NCBI RefSeq assembly: GCF_964213995.1
Contig: NW_027592543.1
Span: forward strand, 1-51,484
DNA from: Mustelus asterias
Taxonomy: Eukaryota
Direction: 5' to 3'
DNA length: 51,484 bases
Position 1 is the first letter of the stretch; every line of letters starts with the position of its first letter. Below are positions 36,375 through 48,559 of this stretch, piece after piece. The notes below the pieces were generated by a model that did no database searches, had not been told where the DNA came from, and saw only the letters and a list, made by a program, of their open reading frames with translations. Made by a program: the position numbers and the translations under genes.

Positions 36375-36399
36375 ACTACTTACTGTTTCCCTTTCTGTG

Positions 36400-37480
36400 T
36401 GCGTCTGTTTCTCTATGTGTCTGTGTGCACGCCTGTTAACATGTCAGTGTTTGTATACACGTGTTGCCATGCTTTATAACGGTGCGTTTATGTATATTTG
36501 TGTTTCGATGTGTGGTAATGTGTGCTATGATGTTCTGTTCTATGAGCATGTTGATGTTTGCGTCCACATGTTTGTGTGTAAATGTTTTGCTGTCTGTTCT
36601 TCTATATGCAGTCTGGTGATTTGTTTCTATGTATTTCCATATATGTTTGTGAATGTGTATAACATTGTGTGTCTTTATATCTATATTCCTATCAGCGTGA
36701 ACGTGTGCTAATATATATATGTATTTATTTGAGTCAAAGTATGTGCTTGTGTATTTATGTGGGTCTGCATGCGTGTGTATCTGTCTGTATTGTGTCTATG
36801 CATATATGTGTTTGTGTTTGGGTCTGTACCTACTCACGTATGTGTATGTGTATGTACTTGTGTGTTTCATGTGTACATGTGTGGTTTGTACATATTTGAT
36901 TATGTGTGTGTATGTTGTTGTTTTAGTGTCTGTTTGTACAAGAGCGCGTGTCTATGTGTTTGTATGTGTGTGTCTGTGTGTGTGCGAGTGAGAGAGAGAG
37001 AATGGGTGTGTCCCTATGTATATTTGTGTACGGATGTGTTTGTGTATGGGTGTATTTTTGTGTGGGTGTATTTGTGTAAGTGTGTATTTCTGTTTGTGCA
37101 TGTTTTGCCCATGAGTGCATTTGTGTGTGCATTCTTGTTTCTCTGCATGTGTGTTCGTCTGTGCAAGTATTGAGTGTACCTATGGTGTGTGAAAGTGTAT
37201 CTGTTGTGTATTTGTGTGTTTCTGTGTCTGTATTTGAATGTGCCTGTCCCTATTTCTGTATATGTATGTGTGTGGGGGTATGTGCTTGCGTTTGTGTGTG
37301 TATATTTACATGTGTCTTTCTGCATTTGTGTGCATATGTGTGAGTATGTGTATTTGTGTGTGTAGTTGTGCATTTGTGTCGATGTGTGTGTGTGTATGTG
37401 TGTGAGTGTGAGTGTGTGTGTGTGCGCTTATGTGTGTATTTATAATTGTGACAGTTTTGTGGAGTATTGTCAGTGTGTGT
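36400..37480. repeat. Degenerate TG/TA-rich low-complexity tract
   Basis: Directly visible. Confidence 0.9.
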
Positions 37481-38542
37481 ATTTTTTAGCTGTTGCTCCA
37501 AGTTTCACCGCAATCATTAACTGAAAATGATCCAAACAATACGAATAATGGAGCATATTTTCAATGTTTTGCTGTATGAATGTAGTTTATGTGAGTGGCA
37601 CGGTGATATCAGGAGAACGAATCAAATCATTCATTGATGCATCTCGGAAGCATCAGGGACAGAACAGTGAAAACTGGGGAGGATTCAATCATTTGTTTCA
37701 ATTTGCATTATGGGAAATCACTGCCAGGACATGATTAACAGGAACATGAGTGCAGAAACATTTTTAAATTATGTTACATAAGTATATATGCATCACATTG
37801 ATTAAGATAATGATACTTCAAACTCTGCAGCAAATAAACCGGAAGCTAATTTGTACTGTTGGCAACTGGGTTCTTCGAGTAGAGAGCTGGTCCCTTCCAA
37901 ACACGTTACTTGCGAAGAGGGAGGGAGTGAGCTCATAATTTCCCTCTCTCTACCCGGTGAAGCAATGTGCCTGATGGTTCTAACCACTGACGAGGTGGAG
38001 GTGAGTGGATTAAATAATGCCATTCCTCCTCTTTTCATTGAGGAAGTGGTGGTACATGGGTTAGCTACTGCTTTCCCCTCTCTTTGTTGGGTGAGTAGGA
38101 ATCTGGTATGTTAACAATTTCACTCTCCCTCTCTCTCTGATGGGGGATTGTTGCTCCATATTTCTGTGTGACCCTCACTTCAGTTCCCAGTGGGTGTGGT
38201 GCAGCAGCTTAAATATGACATCAATGGTAAAGGCATGGACAACGAGAGAAGCAGGAACACCGAGATCTAAATGTTGTGTTTGTTTGTCAGAAATGTTGAA
38301 TTTGTCAGATTTCTCCTCAGTGGGAGGAAAGTCGGTGAAGATATTTTGCAGAATACTGTAATGAATGTGCTCTACTCTGTCTCTAACCCAGGGTGTATCT
38401 GAGCTGGGTGCACTGGTTCAACAAGGCTTGGGCCCGAGACGTGAAAATACCTGACTCAAACCAAAGATACATAGTGGAAGTAAAATTGAAAACCAATCAA
38501 TTAAGCAATTGGGTATTTCATTTATCGTTGGAGGAAAAAGAT

Positions 38543-38557
38543 TTTATTCTTTTTATT
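38543..38557 (-). terminator. Tandem AATAAA signals of secretory mu mRNA
   Basis: AATAAA at 38552-38557 and 38543-38548, about 30-40 nt after the tailpiece stop. Confidence 0.8.
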
Positions 38558-38584
38558 GAAGTTTTTAATGTAACCGAGTGATTC

Positions 38585-38976
38585 TCATTGACATGAATTA
38601 ACGGTGTCCATCAGTGCAAGGGAAATGTTCACAAAACTGGGTTTACCGCTGGATTTGTCAACTGTTCTGTTGATGATCTTCAAGGGGATGGCTTCATGTC
38701 CCACCACACAGGAGTAAGAAGCGCCGCTGGACCACTCCTCTGCTGCAATGGATAACAGGCTGTACATGAAGAAGGAGCTATTCCCGCTCTCCGCGACCAC
38801 CTCGGTGTTCTTATAGTTCCCAGGATTCACCGGCTTGTCGTTGACGGTCCACTTGACGAAGATCTCTCGAGGGGAGAAACGTCTCACTAAGCAGCTGAGG
38901 GAGACGAATCTCTGAGCGGAGACTTCTTCTGCCGAGGGCAGGAGGACAGAGACGAACGGTTCCCGCGGATTTGGAT
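38585..38976 (-). CDS. IGHM: IgM CH4 exon + secretory tailpiece (internal donor at 38645-38646 for membrane form)
   Basis: [43 protein letters not shown]...[43 protein letters not shown]; penultimate Cys and N-glycan site typical of mu. Confidence 0.97.
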
Positions 38977-39478
38977 CTGCAGAAAATGTACAATAAATGT
39001 CAATAAACTGGAGAATTCCGGAGAGAATGTAACCACTGGCGAGATATCAGAAAAATGTGCTTCGCTTTCGATTTTAAATGTTTCCATTTTTGACTTCCAG
39101 TTTGGAGCAGAGGTGAACACAATTATTTTCTCAAATAACTCAGGGGGCTGGACTGGGAAGTTTCAGAAATTTTACAGCACAGAATCAGGCTATTCGGCCC
39201 AACTGATCGGCTTTAATTTTGGTTTTCTGGTTTTTATGCTCCACATCAGGCTCCTCCCTCGTTATTCGATCTAAACCCAATAACATCGCCTTCAGTTCAC
39301 TTTTCATTCATCAACACATCAAATTTCCCTGTTAAAATATCTACAACCCCCAGTTTTTAGTTAGTGGAGTTTGCACTCAGGGGAGACCATTAATGCACTG
39401 AATGCTGAATATTGACCAGTACACTGACACTGGAAATAGACACAGTGACGCATTTATTGCTTCAATCTCTCAGCTCAC

Positions 39479-39787
39479 CTGTTTCCTTGTGGATGGATTT
39501 TCTTAAAGGAGTCGGCAGATCCTGATGGCTCACCACGCAGTCAAACACAGCCGCACTCAGCCAGGCTTGTGTCGAGATGTTTAAGTTGCTGACCACGCTG
39601 TCAGGATCCGCTCCAGGCTTTTCGGCGATCTCTGATTTCAAATACTTCCTGTCTCGGATCCAGGACACGTTGACTCCATAAGGAGCATTAGAAATGATGC
39701 AGGTTAAGGTCACGGTCGCCTCCAGTAAGACCTGTTCTATTGGTGGTGGCTGTATCGTCACTGTGGTATCAGGGCACTGGGGAGGAT
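39479..39787 (-). CDS. IGHM: IgM CH3 exon
   Basis: [53 protein letters not shown]; TTCACAG acceptor, GTGAG donor; 309 nt, phase 1-1. Confidence 0.96.
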
Positions 39788-40234
39788 CTGTGAATGAAAA
39801 ATGAAAATCAACCCTAGTTCCCTCTTCAGAAGCAGGACAGCAGTGTTCAGCCTGAAGGAGACGAAGTTGCCTTCGATATATCAACCTCTAACTATCACCT
39901 TTCAACCTCTATGGAGGATGGAAAACCAGCCTGCTCTGTGAAATTATTCTCTTTTTGTTCAAGTATTTTAGCAGCGGTATCATTCTCATGAATCAACATT
40001 GCAGTATTCCCCAACAAATATACCATTCCTGAACTCAGGAACCAAGTACTGGCAGTTAGTTTATAAGTAGGGTGGATGCACTTCCCAATATTTTACCCCT
40101 ATGCTGTGACCTGTGAAACAGTCCGACACCGACTGTCTCTCCAAATCTTACCAGCTGTCTCAGGAAAAAGCTGACATCAAGACCAGCTCGCTCACTATGT
40201 TACTTTAAAATGGAAGGGAACACTATTTCAAGGG

Positions 40235-40545
40235 GAGGCAGTGGCATGGTGGTGTTGCCAATGGTCTTGTAACCCAGGGCACGACTCTGGGGACACAGAT
40301 TCGAATCTCACCACTGCAGATGGTGAAATTTGAATTTAGTAAAAATCTATCATTAAAAGTCAAATGATCATCATGAAGCCATTGTTGTAAAAACCCACCT
40401 GGTTCACGAATGCCCTTTAGAAAAGTAAATCTGCTGTCTTTATCTGGCCTGGCATGCATGTGACTCCAGATCCACAGCAATGTGGTTGACACTTAAGTGC
40501 CCTCAGGGATGGGAAATAAATGCACATCTCATGAAGGAATAACAA
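40235..40545 (+). mobile_element. Second shark SINE family in the CH2-CH3 intron
   Basis: tRNA-like head (GATTCGAATCTCACC) and GTGACTCCAGATCCACAGCAATGTGG core; inverted pieces at 21730-21815 and 29905-29990. Confidence 0.6.
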
Positions 40546-40707
40546 AAATTGCTGTTGTGATGAAATTCTGAATGGGGCACTGTCCCAATGCAGCAAACCA
40601 TATGACAGCAAATTAGAAGTTGTTCTATCTTTGTACTAACTTTAATAGATCCCTAATTTCGATTAACATCGGAATGGTATATTTTATCCTCGGTTTGAGT
40701 CTCTTAC

Positions 40708-41019
40708 CCAGAGATCCGCTGATGTTCTGACTCTGGGTGAATCCTTGATGAGTGACCTGGCAGGTATAGACTACTTTGCTGAACCATTCCTGAGCGGAGA
40801 CTGTCAGCCGACTGCTGGCCGAGAAGTTCCCGTTCACTTCACAGGCGGGAGAGGTGATAATTCCTGAATCCATGGGTTGTCCATTCTTCAGCCACTTCAC
40901 CGTCATTGACTTTGGCTGGAAATCCATGATTGAACAGACGATGGTTGCAAATTTTCTGCTGGTGATTTCTTCACTGGAACTCACGGTGAGGATAACGGTT
41001 GGGGGGAGAACGCGTGGGC
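40708..41019 (-). CDS. IGHM: IgM CH2 exon
   Basis: [35 protein letters not shown]....KWLK...[20 protein letters not shown]; 312 nt, GTAAG donor; acceptor TTGAAG (in-frame alternative 30 nt upstream). Confidence 0.93.
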
Positions 41020-41139
41020 CTTCAACAAACAAATGTTCAGACGTTACTTGAAGATTCAATTGACATCAATTAAAATTAGTTCTTTTATTTGAGCACCACA
41101 GCTGCCGATTTGAGAATCATATCCATGGTTTGGTTGAAT

Positions 41140-41850
41140 TGGCAGGGAAATGGCGAATGGAATTCAACCGTCAAAAGCGCCACACAATGCATTTGGGGAG
41201 GGAAAACAAAGCAAGGCAATAAACTGGAATGTTAAGAGGGATTGAGGAAATGCAAGACCTTAGAGTGCACGTCCACAGGTCCTTGTAGATGGTAGGGCAG
41301 CTGGAAAAGTTGATCAAGAAAGCATATCAGATTAGTTCCTCTATTATGTGAGATATTGAATGCAAAAACAGTGATACAATGATGGAGCTGTATAAAACGC
41401 TAGTTAGGCCACGTTTGGAGTTTGCTGTACAGTTCTGGTCACCACATTGCAGGAATAACGTAATGACTCTGGAGAGAGATGAGGTTTACAAGAATGTTGC
41501 CAGGGACTGAAAATTCCCGCCATGAGGCGAGATTGGATAGGCAGGGTTTGTTCTCTTTAGGAAAAGAGGAGGCTGAGGCGTGACATAATTGTGGTTCACA
41601 ACAAAAATAAGGGACGTAGGCAAAAATAATTCATTCCCCAAGTGGAGGGCTCAATTACCAGGGAGCATGGTCATTTAAAAGGCATCTGGGTCTGCATCTC
41701 AAGTGCTTTAAGCTGCAATGCTACGGAGCAAGGGCTGGAAAATAGGCTTACTTTGTCAGGCTCGTTTATTTGTTCTCCCTTTTGGCCAGCACAGACATGA
41801 TGGGCTAAATGGCCTCATTCTGCACAGTAACATTTCTGTTGTTCTTTGGT
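41140..41850 (+). mobile_element. Old CR1 3' fragment in the CH1-CH2 intron
   Basis: Degenerate WQMEFN, LVRP.LE..VQFWSP motifs and CR1 tail. Confidence 0.75.
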
Positions 41851-41992
41851 TCTGAGCAACTTTTCAGTCAGGAGGCACTTACCTGGATTTTGCATAATTC
41901 AATTTTTCAGAGTGCTACATATCAGTTATAACTAAAGCCTTATACAGTTCAATCAGAGCGTTCCTGTCTTGCCCAAGTTCCACAACACTTAC

Positions 41993-42292
41993 ATTGCATT
42001 CCAATGCTCTTGACCGAGCTGCTGTGTCGAACCTCACACTTGATTTTGCTGCACTCTCCCTCTGACTGGGTGATGGTTAACTGGCTGCTCAAGGTGTAGG
42101 TTCCCTTCGCGTTTCTCACTGATGGATAAGTCTTAAATCCAGTGTCGATCAGCTGCCCATTTTTCTTCCAGGTCAGTTTGGAGACATCTGGAGAGTAGTC
42201 CATCGCCAAACAGCCGTAGGTGATGGAGCCAGCGGAGTTGTGTTGCTGACAGGAAGAGACGAGGCTGTAGAGAGTGGGCGGAGACGGTGTCG
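41993..42292 (-). CDS. IGHM: IgM CH1 exon
   Basis: [43 protein letters not shown]...[21 protein letters not shown]...KCEVRH; TTTCCCAG acceptor, GTAAG donor; 300 nt. Confidence 0.96.
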
Positions 42293-42821
42293 CTGGGAAA
42301 GAATAGTCGATTAAACAAGTTAGACTATTACCTGCGTTTATTAATTAATCAAACATATTTATACAAGTATGTTTCTATATTAGGTATAACTCTTGGGGCT
42401 AAAGGGATCAGTGGATATGGGTAGTAGGCGGGCTCAGGATATTGATGAGCCGTAATCAAAGTGAATGGTAGAGCAGGGTCAAAGGGCCGAATGGCCTACT
42501 CCTGCTTCTATTTTCTATGTTTCTACATCACGATTTGTCTAGAATTATGAACTTAACTTAATATTTCCCGATTAAGACCTACATACACCTTTCAGCTTCT
42601 GTTACTCCTATCATTTGAGAATCGCCATCTTTGTAGAAACTCACATCAATGTCTCGACCTCTATCAGATTGGAAAGACAAAAACATTTTGATGTCATTGT
42701 AATTTCATACCATTCATTAGATTAACAGAGAAGTGTAAAGAGTTTCTCCATTACTTCAGGCACGAGCTATTTCTCAAACAACAGCACTTTGTGATGAAGA
42801 AGTTGTCTCTTCATTCATATC

Positions 42822-42943
42822 AGCCACTCGCCTGATGAAAGAGCTCCAAAAGCTCACGATTCCAAATAAGCCTGTTGGAGTTCAACCTGGTGTTGTCAGA
42901 CTCCTTACTGTGTCCACCCCAACCTAACGTCGGCATATCCACA
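42822..42943 (+). mobile_element. Degenerate Penelope-like pLTR
   Basis: CCTGATGAAAGAGCTCCAAAAGCTC...AACCTGGTGTTG; hammerhead core broken. Confidence 0.65.
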
Positions 42944-43259
42944 TTGTAGTTTTGGATATTGCCTGTGTACAAACTAGCTGATGCCCCTTCCTCTCTCCAA
43001 CTCACTGCCTCTCACTCCACAAAACGAAGATTAGTGACTTTGCTTCAAAACTACCTTCGGAATGAATACTTACTGAATGACCAGGAAACTCTCAATGTGA
43101 TTACAAATTCAAATAATTGCAACATTGACTAACTGAAGGGTCAGACATTAATAGCAAGAGTTGGCCATTCGGGCCCTGAAGTCTCCTCCATTATTCACTG
43201 AGATTACAGATGATCTGGTTGTGGTGCTCGCTCTATTTTGCACATCCTCACTCCGCCCG

Positions 43260-43935
43260 TCGATCACCCACTCTCTGCCCATTTTCCCCGACTCTGTGCC
43301 CTTTCCCCTGGCTCTCTGCTATTCCCTGTGGCTCTTTTCCCCTTTCACCCGGCTCTCCGCACTTCCACCTGGCTCTCTACACTTCCCTCCAGCTCTGTGC
43401 CCTCTCCCCCGGCTATCTGCCCTTTCCCTCAGCTCCCTACCCTTTCCCCCGGATCTCTGCCCTTTCCCCTGGCTCTCTGCCCTTTCCCCTGGCTCTCTGC
43501 CCTTTCCCCCTGACTCTCTGCCCTTTCCCCTGCGTTCTCTTGCCCTTTCCCCTGGCTCTCTGTCCTTTCCCCTGGCTCTCTGCCCTTTCCCCCTGACTCT
43601 CTGCCCTTTCCCCTGCGTTCTCTTGCCCTTTTCCTAGGCTCTCTGTCGTTTCGCCGGCGTCCCTGCCCTTATTCCTGGCTCTCTCCCCTTTCCCTGGTCT
43701 CTCTGCCCTTTCCTCCGTCTCTCTGCCCTTTTCCCTGGTTCTTTGCCTTTCACCTGGCTCCCTGCCCTTTCTCCTAGCTCTCTGCCCTTTCCCCCGGCTC
43801 TCTGCCCTGTTGCCCGGCTGTGTGCCCTTTCCCCAGGCTCTCTGCCCTCCCCCCCCCCCCCCCACCCCCTGCTCTCTGCCCTTTAGCACGCCTCCTGTTC
43901 TCCCCGGCTCTTTGCCATTGTCCCTGGCTCTGAGC
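43260..43935 (-). repeat. ~20-bp degenerate tandem repeat, purine/G-rich on the IgM sense strand (CCAGGGGAAAGGGCAGAGAG)
   Basis: Directly visible, with a higher-order ~80-bp duplication near 43500-43640. Confidence 0.9.
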
Positions 43936-44049
43936 CCCCAGGGATTCCCTCCAGCTCTCTGCATTCCCAGGGCAGCTCCCACATTTGAACACCAAACTGC
44001 CGCTTGAGATCTTTCTTCTCTCTCTTTGCAGACCTCCTCACACAGATTT

Positions 44050-45570
44050 AGTGAGGGTGAGTGAGAGAATGTGAGTGCGTGAGGGGGACTGATTGAAGGA
44101 GTGAGAGTGGATGAGTGATGGTGTGTGAGTGACAGAGAGTTCATAAGTGAGGGTGAGTGAATGAAGTTCTTTGAGTGAGGATGAGTGATTGAGGGTGAGT
44201 GAGTAAGTGTGGGTGAGGGTGAGAGGGCGTGAGTAAATGAGGGTGTGTGAGAGAGGGGGGATGTGAGTGAAGGTGGCTGAATGGGTGAGTGAAGGTGGGT
44301 GAGTGAATGTCAGTGAGCGAGAATGAATGAATGAGGGTGAGTGAGTGAGGATGCATGAAGGTTAGCGAAGGTGGGTGAGTGAGAGCGAGTGAATGAGGGT
44401 GAGGGAATGAATATGACTTAGTAAGTGAGGGTGAGAGAGTGAGTAAGTCAGGGTGTGTCATTGGGGGTGGTGTGAGAGAGTGTGTGAGGGAGAATGAATG
44501 CGGATGGGTGGGTGAGTGAGGATGAGTGAGTGAAGGTGTTTGAGTGAGGATGAGTGATTGAGGATCTGTGAGTTAGGGTGGGTGAAGTTGAGTGATGGTG
44601 AGTACGTGAGGGTGTGTGAGTGAATGTCGGTGCGTGAGTCTGAGTGAGTTTGAATGGGTCAGGTGGCGTAAGTGAAAGAGAGAGGATGATTGAGCTTGAG
44701 TGTGTGGGGGTGAGTCTGGGTGAGTGAGGGTCGGTAAGTGGGGAGAGTGAGTGAGGGTGAGTGAGAGTGAGTGAGACTGGATGAGTGAGGGTGGGTAAGT
44801 GCGGTGAGTGAGTGAGAGTGAGTGAGACTGTGTGAGTGAGGATGGGTAAGTAGGGTGAGTGAATGAGGGTGAGTATGGGTGTTGGTGAGTGACTGAGGCT
44901 CTGAGTGAGTGACTGAGGGTCAGTGAGTGAGGTTGAGTGTGTGATGGTGTGAGTGTGGGTGGGTGGCTGACTGACAGTGCGTGAATGAGGGTGAGTAAAT
45001 GAGGGTGTCTGAGGGTGAGTGAGTGCGAGTGAGTGAATGCGGGTGGGTGAGTGAGGGTGTGAGAGTGAGTGAATGAGGGTGAGTGAATGTGAGTGAGTAA
45101 GTGAGGGTGTGAGGATGAGTGATTCAGGATGTGTGATTGAGGTTGAATGAGTGAGGTTGAGTGAGGGTGTGTGAGTGAGTGTGGGTGAGTGAGTGAGGAT
45201 GGGTGAGAGTGAGTGAGCGAATGTTTGTGAGTGATTGTGAGTGAGTGAGGGTGTGAGGGTGAGTGACTCAGGGTGAATGAGGATCAGTGAGTTTCTGAGG
45301 GTGAGTGTGTGAGGGTGAGTACGTGAGGTTGAGTGTGTGAGGTTGAGTGTGTGAGGCTCAGTGTGTGAGGTTGAGTGTGTGAAGGTGAGTGTGTGAGGGT
45401 GTGTGTGAGGGTGTTAGGTTGGATGAGTGAGCAAGGGAGAGTGAGTGGGGATGAGTGAGTGGGGATGAGTGAGTGAGAGTGTGTCAGCGAGGGAAGTTGG
45501 GTAAGTGAGGGTGAGTGAGTGAAGTTCTTTGAGTGAGGATGAGAGATTGAGGGTGAGTGAGGAAGTGTGG
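44050..45570 (+). repeat. (GAGT)n/GAGGGT degenerate satellite, G-rich on the + strand
   Basis: Directly visible. Confidence 0.9.
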
Positions 45571-46179
45571 GCGGGGGTGAGAGAGTCAGTGGGCCACGTC
45601 CTCCTCTTCCTCTCCATCGATCTTTTCCCGATTGTCTACATTGATCAGCTTTCTGTAACAGGGCTGTGTAAAGTCAGGCAGCAGTGTAGATCACCGGGCA
45701 GCTGCTTTAATGTCGGTGCCTTTCTTTAAGAAACACGTATCAGTTAACAAATAGACAGACTGAGGGAGCTGGAAGGGAAGCTTACAGCGAAACCAGAATG
45801 GGTCGCACAGGAATCAAACAGCAAGTTTACACCAGTATTGGGGAGCCAGGCGGCCTTGGTCTCAGCCAAGTCCCTTCTTACTTATTGTGTCTTTCTGTCC
45901 GGTGTAACACATGGAAATCTCTACTTCTGACCTCATGTTGGATGGAATGTCTTTGATGAAGCAGTAGAAGATTGTTGGTCCCAGGACAATCCCCTGCCGA
46001 ACTTTTGCAGTGAAATCTGAACTTAGATGTTTGACCTCCAACAACCAACACCATCTTGCTTTGTGCTAAGTATGACTCCGAACAGAGAAGAATTTCCCGC
46101 CGATTCTTACTGACTTGAGTTTTACTCGGGCTCCTCGATCCCATCCTCATTCAAATGCTACCGGGGGGTTGGGGGGCGG

Positions 46180-46487
46180 GGGGTGGCACGGTGATTAGCA
46201 CTGCTGCCTCACAGTTCGATTCCCGACTTGGCTCATTGTCTGTGTGGAGTTTGCAAGTTCACCCCGTGTCTGTTTGGGTTTCCTTCGGGTGCTCCTGTTT
46301 CCTCCCACATTCCAAAGATGTGCGGGTTCGATGGATTGGCCGTGCTAAATTGCCCCTTAGTGTCAGAGGGACTAGTTAGGGTAAATACATGTGGTTATGT
46401 GGATAGGGCTTTGGTGGGATTGCTGTTGGTGCAGACTCGATGGGCTGAATGGCCCCCTTCTGCACTGTAGGATCCTATGCTTCTATT
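46180..46487 (+). mobile_element. HE1-type SINE (preceded by a LINE RT fragment, minus, ~45900-46150)
   Basis: Family consensus; QG.VLGPTIF.CFI.D.PS motif in the preceding fragment. Confidence 0.8.
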
Positions 46488-46519
46488 TATGATGTCAAGG
46501 ACAATCACTCTGACTATGT

Positions 46520-48410
46520 GAGATGGAAAGTGTGTGAGGGTGTTTGGATGTGTGAGAGAGAGAGAGAGGGTGGATGTATGTGTGAGGGTGCCTGTGTGTG
46601 ATAGACTGTGTTTGCACGTGTGTGATACAGTGGGCTGTGTGTGCAAGAGGGGAGAGTGTGCGTGAGAGAAAGGGTGTGTGAGATAACGTGTGTGAGAGAG
46701 AGAATGTGTGATTGGAAAGTTATTCTTGGTGTGTGAGAGTGTGTCTCTTCTTGAAAGAGTGTGTGTGGGCAGTCTGTGTGAGAGAGTACTTCGGTGTGTG
46801 ATTGAGTGTGTGTTTATGTGAAAAGGAGTGTGTCTATATGAGATACACGGTATCTATGAAAGATAGTGTGTGTGCTTGAGGGAGGGTGTGTGTGTGTGTG
46901 TGGGAGAGAGTGTTGTGTTCATGTGAAAGACAGTGTGTGTGAGAGGGAGTGCCTATTGGAAAGCAAATTAATATGTTCATGAGTGTGTGAAAGTGTGCAT
47001 GGGATTGTGTGTGAGTGAGAAAGATATGCGCAATGTGTGTGGGTGATAGAAGCAATGTGTTTGAGTGTGTGTGTGTGTGTGCGTGTGTCTGTGTGTCTGT
47101 GTGTGTGTGTGTGTGTGTGCGTATGTGAGACAGAGAGAGAGAATTTTTGTGCGAGAGAGACGTTGTGTATGGTTTATGTGTGTTAGAGTGTCAGACACAT
47201 GAGTGTTTTGCACGTGTTTGAGAAAGTGGTCTGTGTGTACAAGAGGAGAGAGTGCGCGTGAGAGAAAGGATATGTGAGATAGAGAATGCGTGTGTGCGAG
47301 AGACAGTGTGTGTTTCAAGAGTTATTTTTTATGTGTGTGAGAGTATTTTTCTGTTCTTCAAAGTATATGTGTGTGCGTGTGCGTGCGTGGAGGGGCGGGG
47401 AGAGTGTGTGTGAGTGAGAAAAACTGTGAACATTAGACAGAGTGGATGCGTGAGTGTGTGTGAGTGAAATAACGGTTGCGAGAACATGTGTCTGTGATAA
47501 GTGGCGTGTTTAAGAGAGATACATTGTGTATACATGTGTGTTCATGTGTGAGAGACGGAGAGACTGTGTGCGTGTGAGAGAGAGAGGGTGTTTGTGAGAT
47601 ACAGAGTTTGAGAGCGAGATTGTGCGTGTGTGAGACAATGTGTAAGGGAGTGAGCGTGTGAAAGAGAGAGAAAAATGTGCCTGTGTGAGAGAATGCGTGT
47701 GCAAGTGTCCGTATGAGAGAGAGAGCGAGCATGCAAATGAGTGTGAGATGGAGTGAGAGCACGGAAGAGGGAATGTGAGAGGGATAGTGCATGTGTGTGT
47801 GTGTGAGGGAAAATGTGTGCGCGAGACTGTGCTTATGTGAGAGACTGTGTCTGTGCGGAAGAGTGTGTGTTAGAGTGCGTGCGTGAGTCTTTGCTTGTGA
47901 GAGAGTGTTTGTGAGAGAGCCAGTGTGTGAGAGCAAGAATGTACAGGTGTGAGATAGTGTGTGCAAGAGATATAGAAATATATGCGTGTGCTTGAGAGAG
48001 AGAGAGAGATGCGTGTGTGCAAGAGGAATTGTGAGAGCGTGTGTGAATAAATGTGAGACAGCTTGAGCGTGTGTGACAGAGTGTGGGAGAGAGAATGCAT
48101 GTGAGAGTGCGTATGCGAGAGTGTGAGACTGTGCTTATGTGAGAGTGTGTGGCTGTGCGTAAGAGAGAATGTGTGTCGGGGGTGTGCGTGTGAGTGCTTT
48201 TGTGTATGGTGGTATGAGAGACTGATTGAGAGAGCGAGAGTATGTATGTATTTGTATTTGAGAGAGTTTATGTGAGAGAGAGAATGTGTATGGGCGTGTG
48301 AGAGAGATCGGATGAGAGAGAAAGTAAGTGTGAATATGTATGTGGGCATGTGTGAGAGACTATGAGAATGTGTATGTGTGTATTTATGTGTGTGAGAGTG
48401 TGTGATGTGT
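46520..48410. repeat. Degenerate (TG)/(GA) low-complexity tract
   Basis: Directly visible. Confidence 0.9.
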
Positions 48411-48559
48411 GCAAGTCTCTATCTGGCTGATTCAGACTGGAAAAACACCCTCACTTCACATACACACTCACCCACTCACACAGTAAATGGGAGTGACAAG
48501 TGAGCACAATACGGACCTCAGGCCAAGGGTTGGAAAAACATTTAAATCTTTCACAAGTC

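Noticed and set aside
36397-37501. Many Cys/Val- or His/Thr-rich ORFs (also 43161-44461 and 46395-48349)
   Set aside because: Translations of low-complexity repeats.
35156-42292. IgW or IgNAR identity
   Set aside because: Four C domains, mu-type tailpiece and TM, and close resemblance to recalled shark mu sequences.
47731-47738. Perfect octamer ATGCAAAT in the J-C intron
   Set aside because: Isolated within low-complexity sequence; expected by chance.
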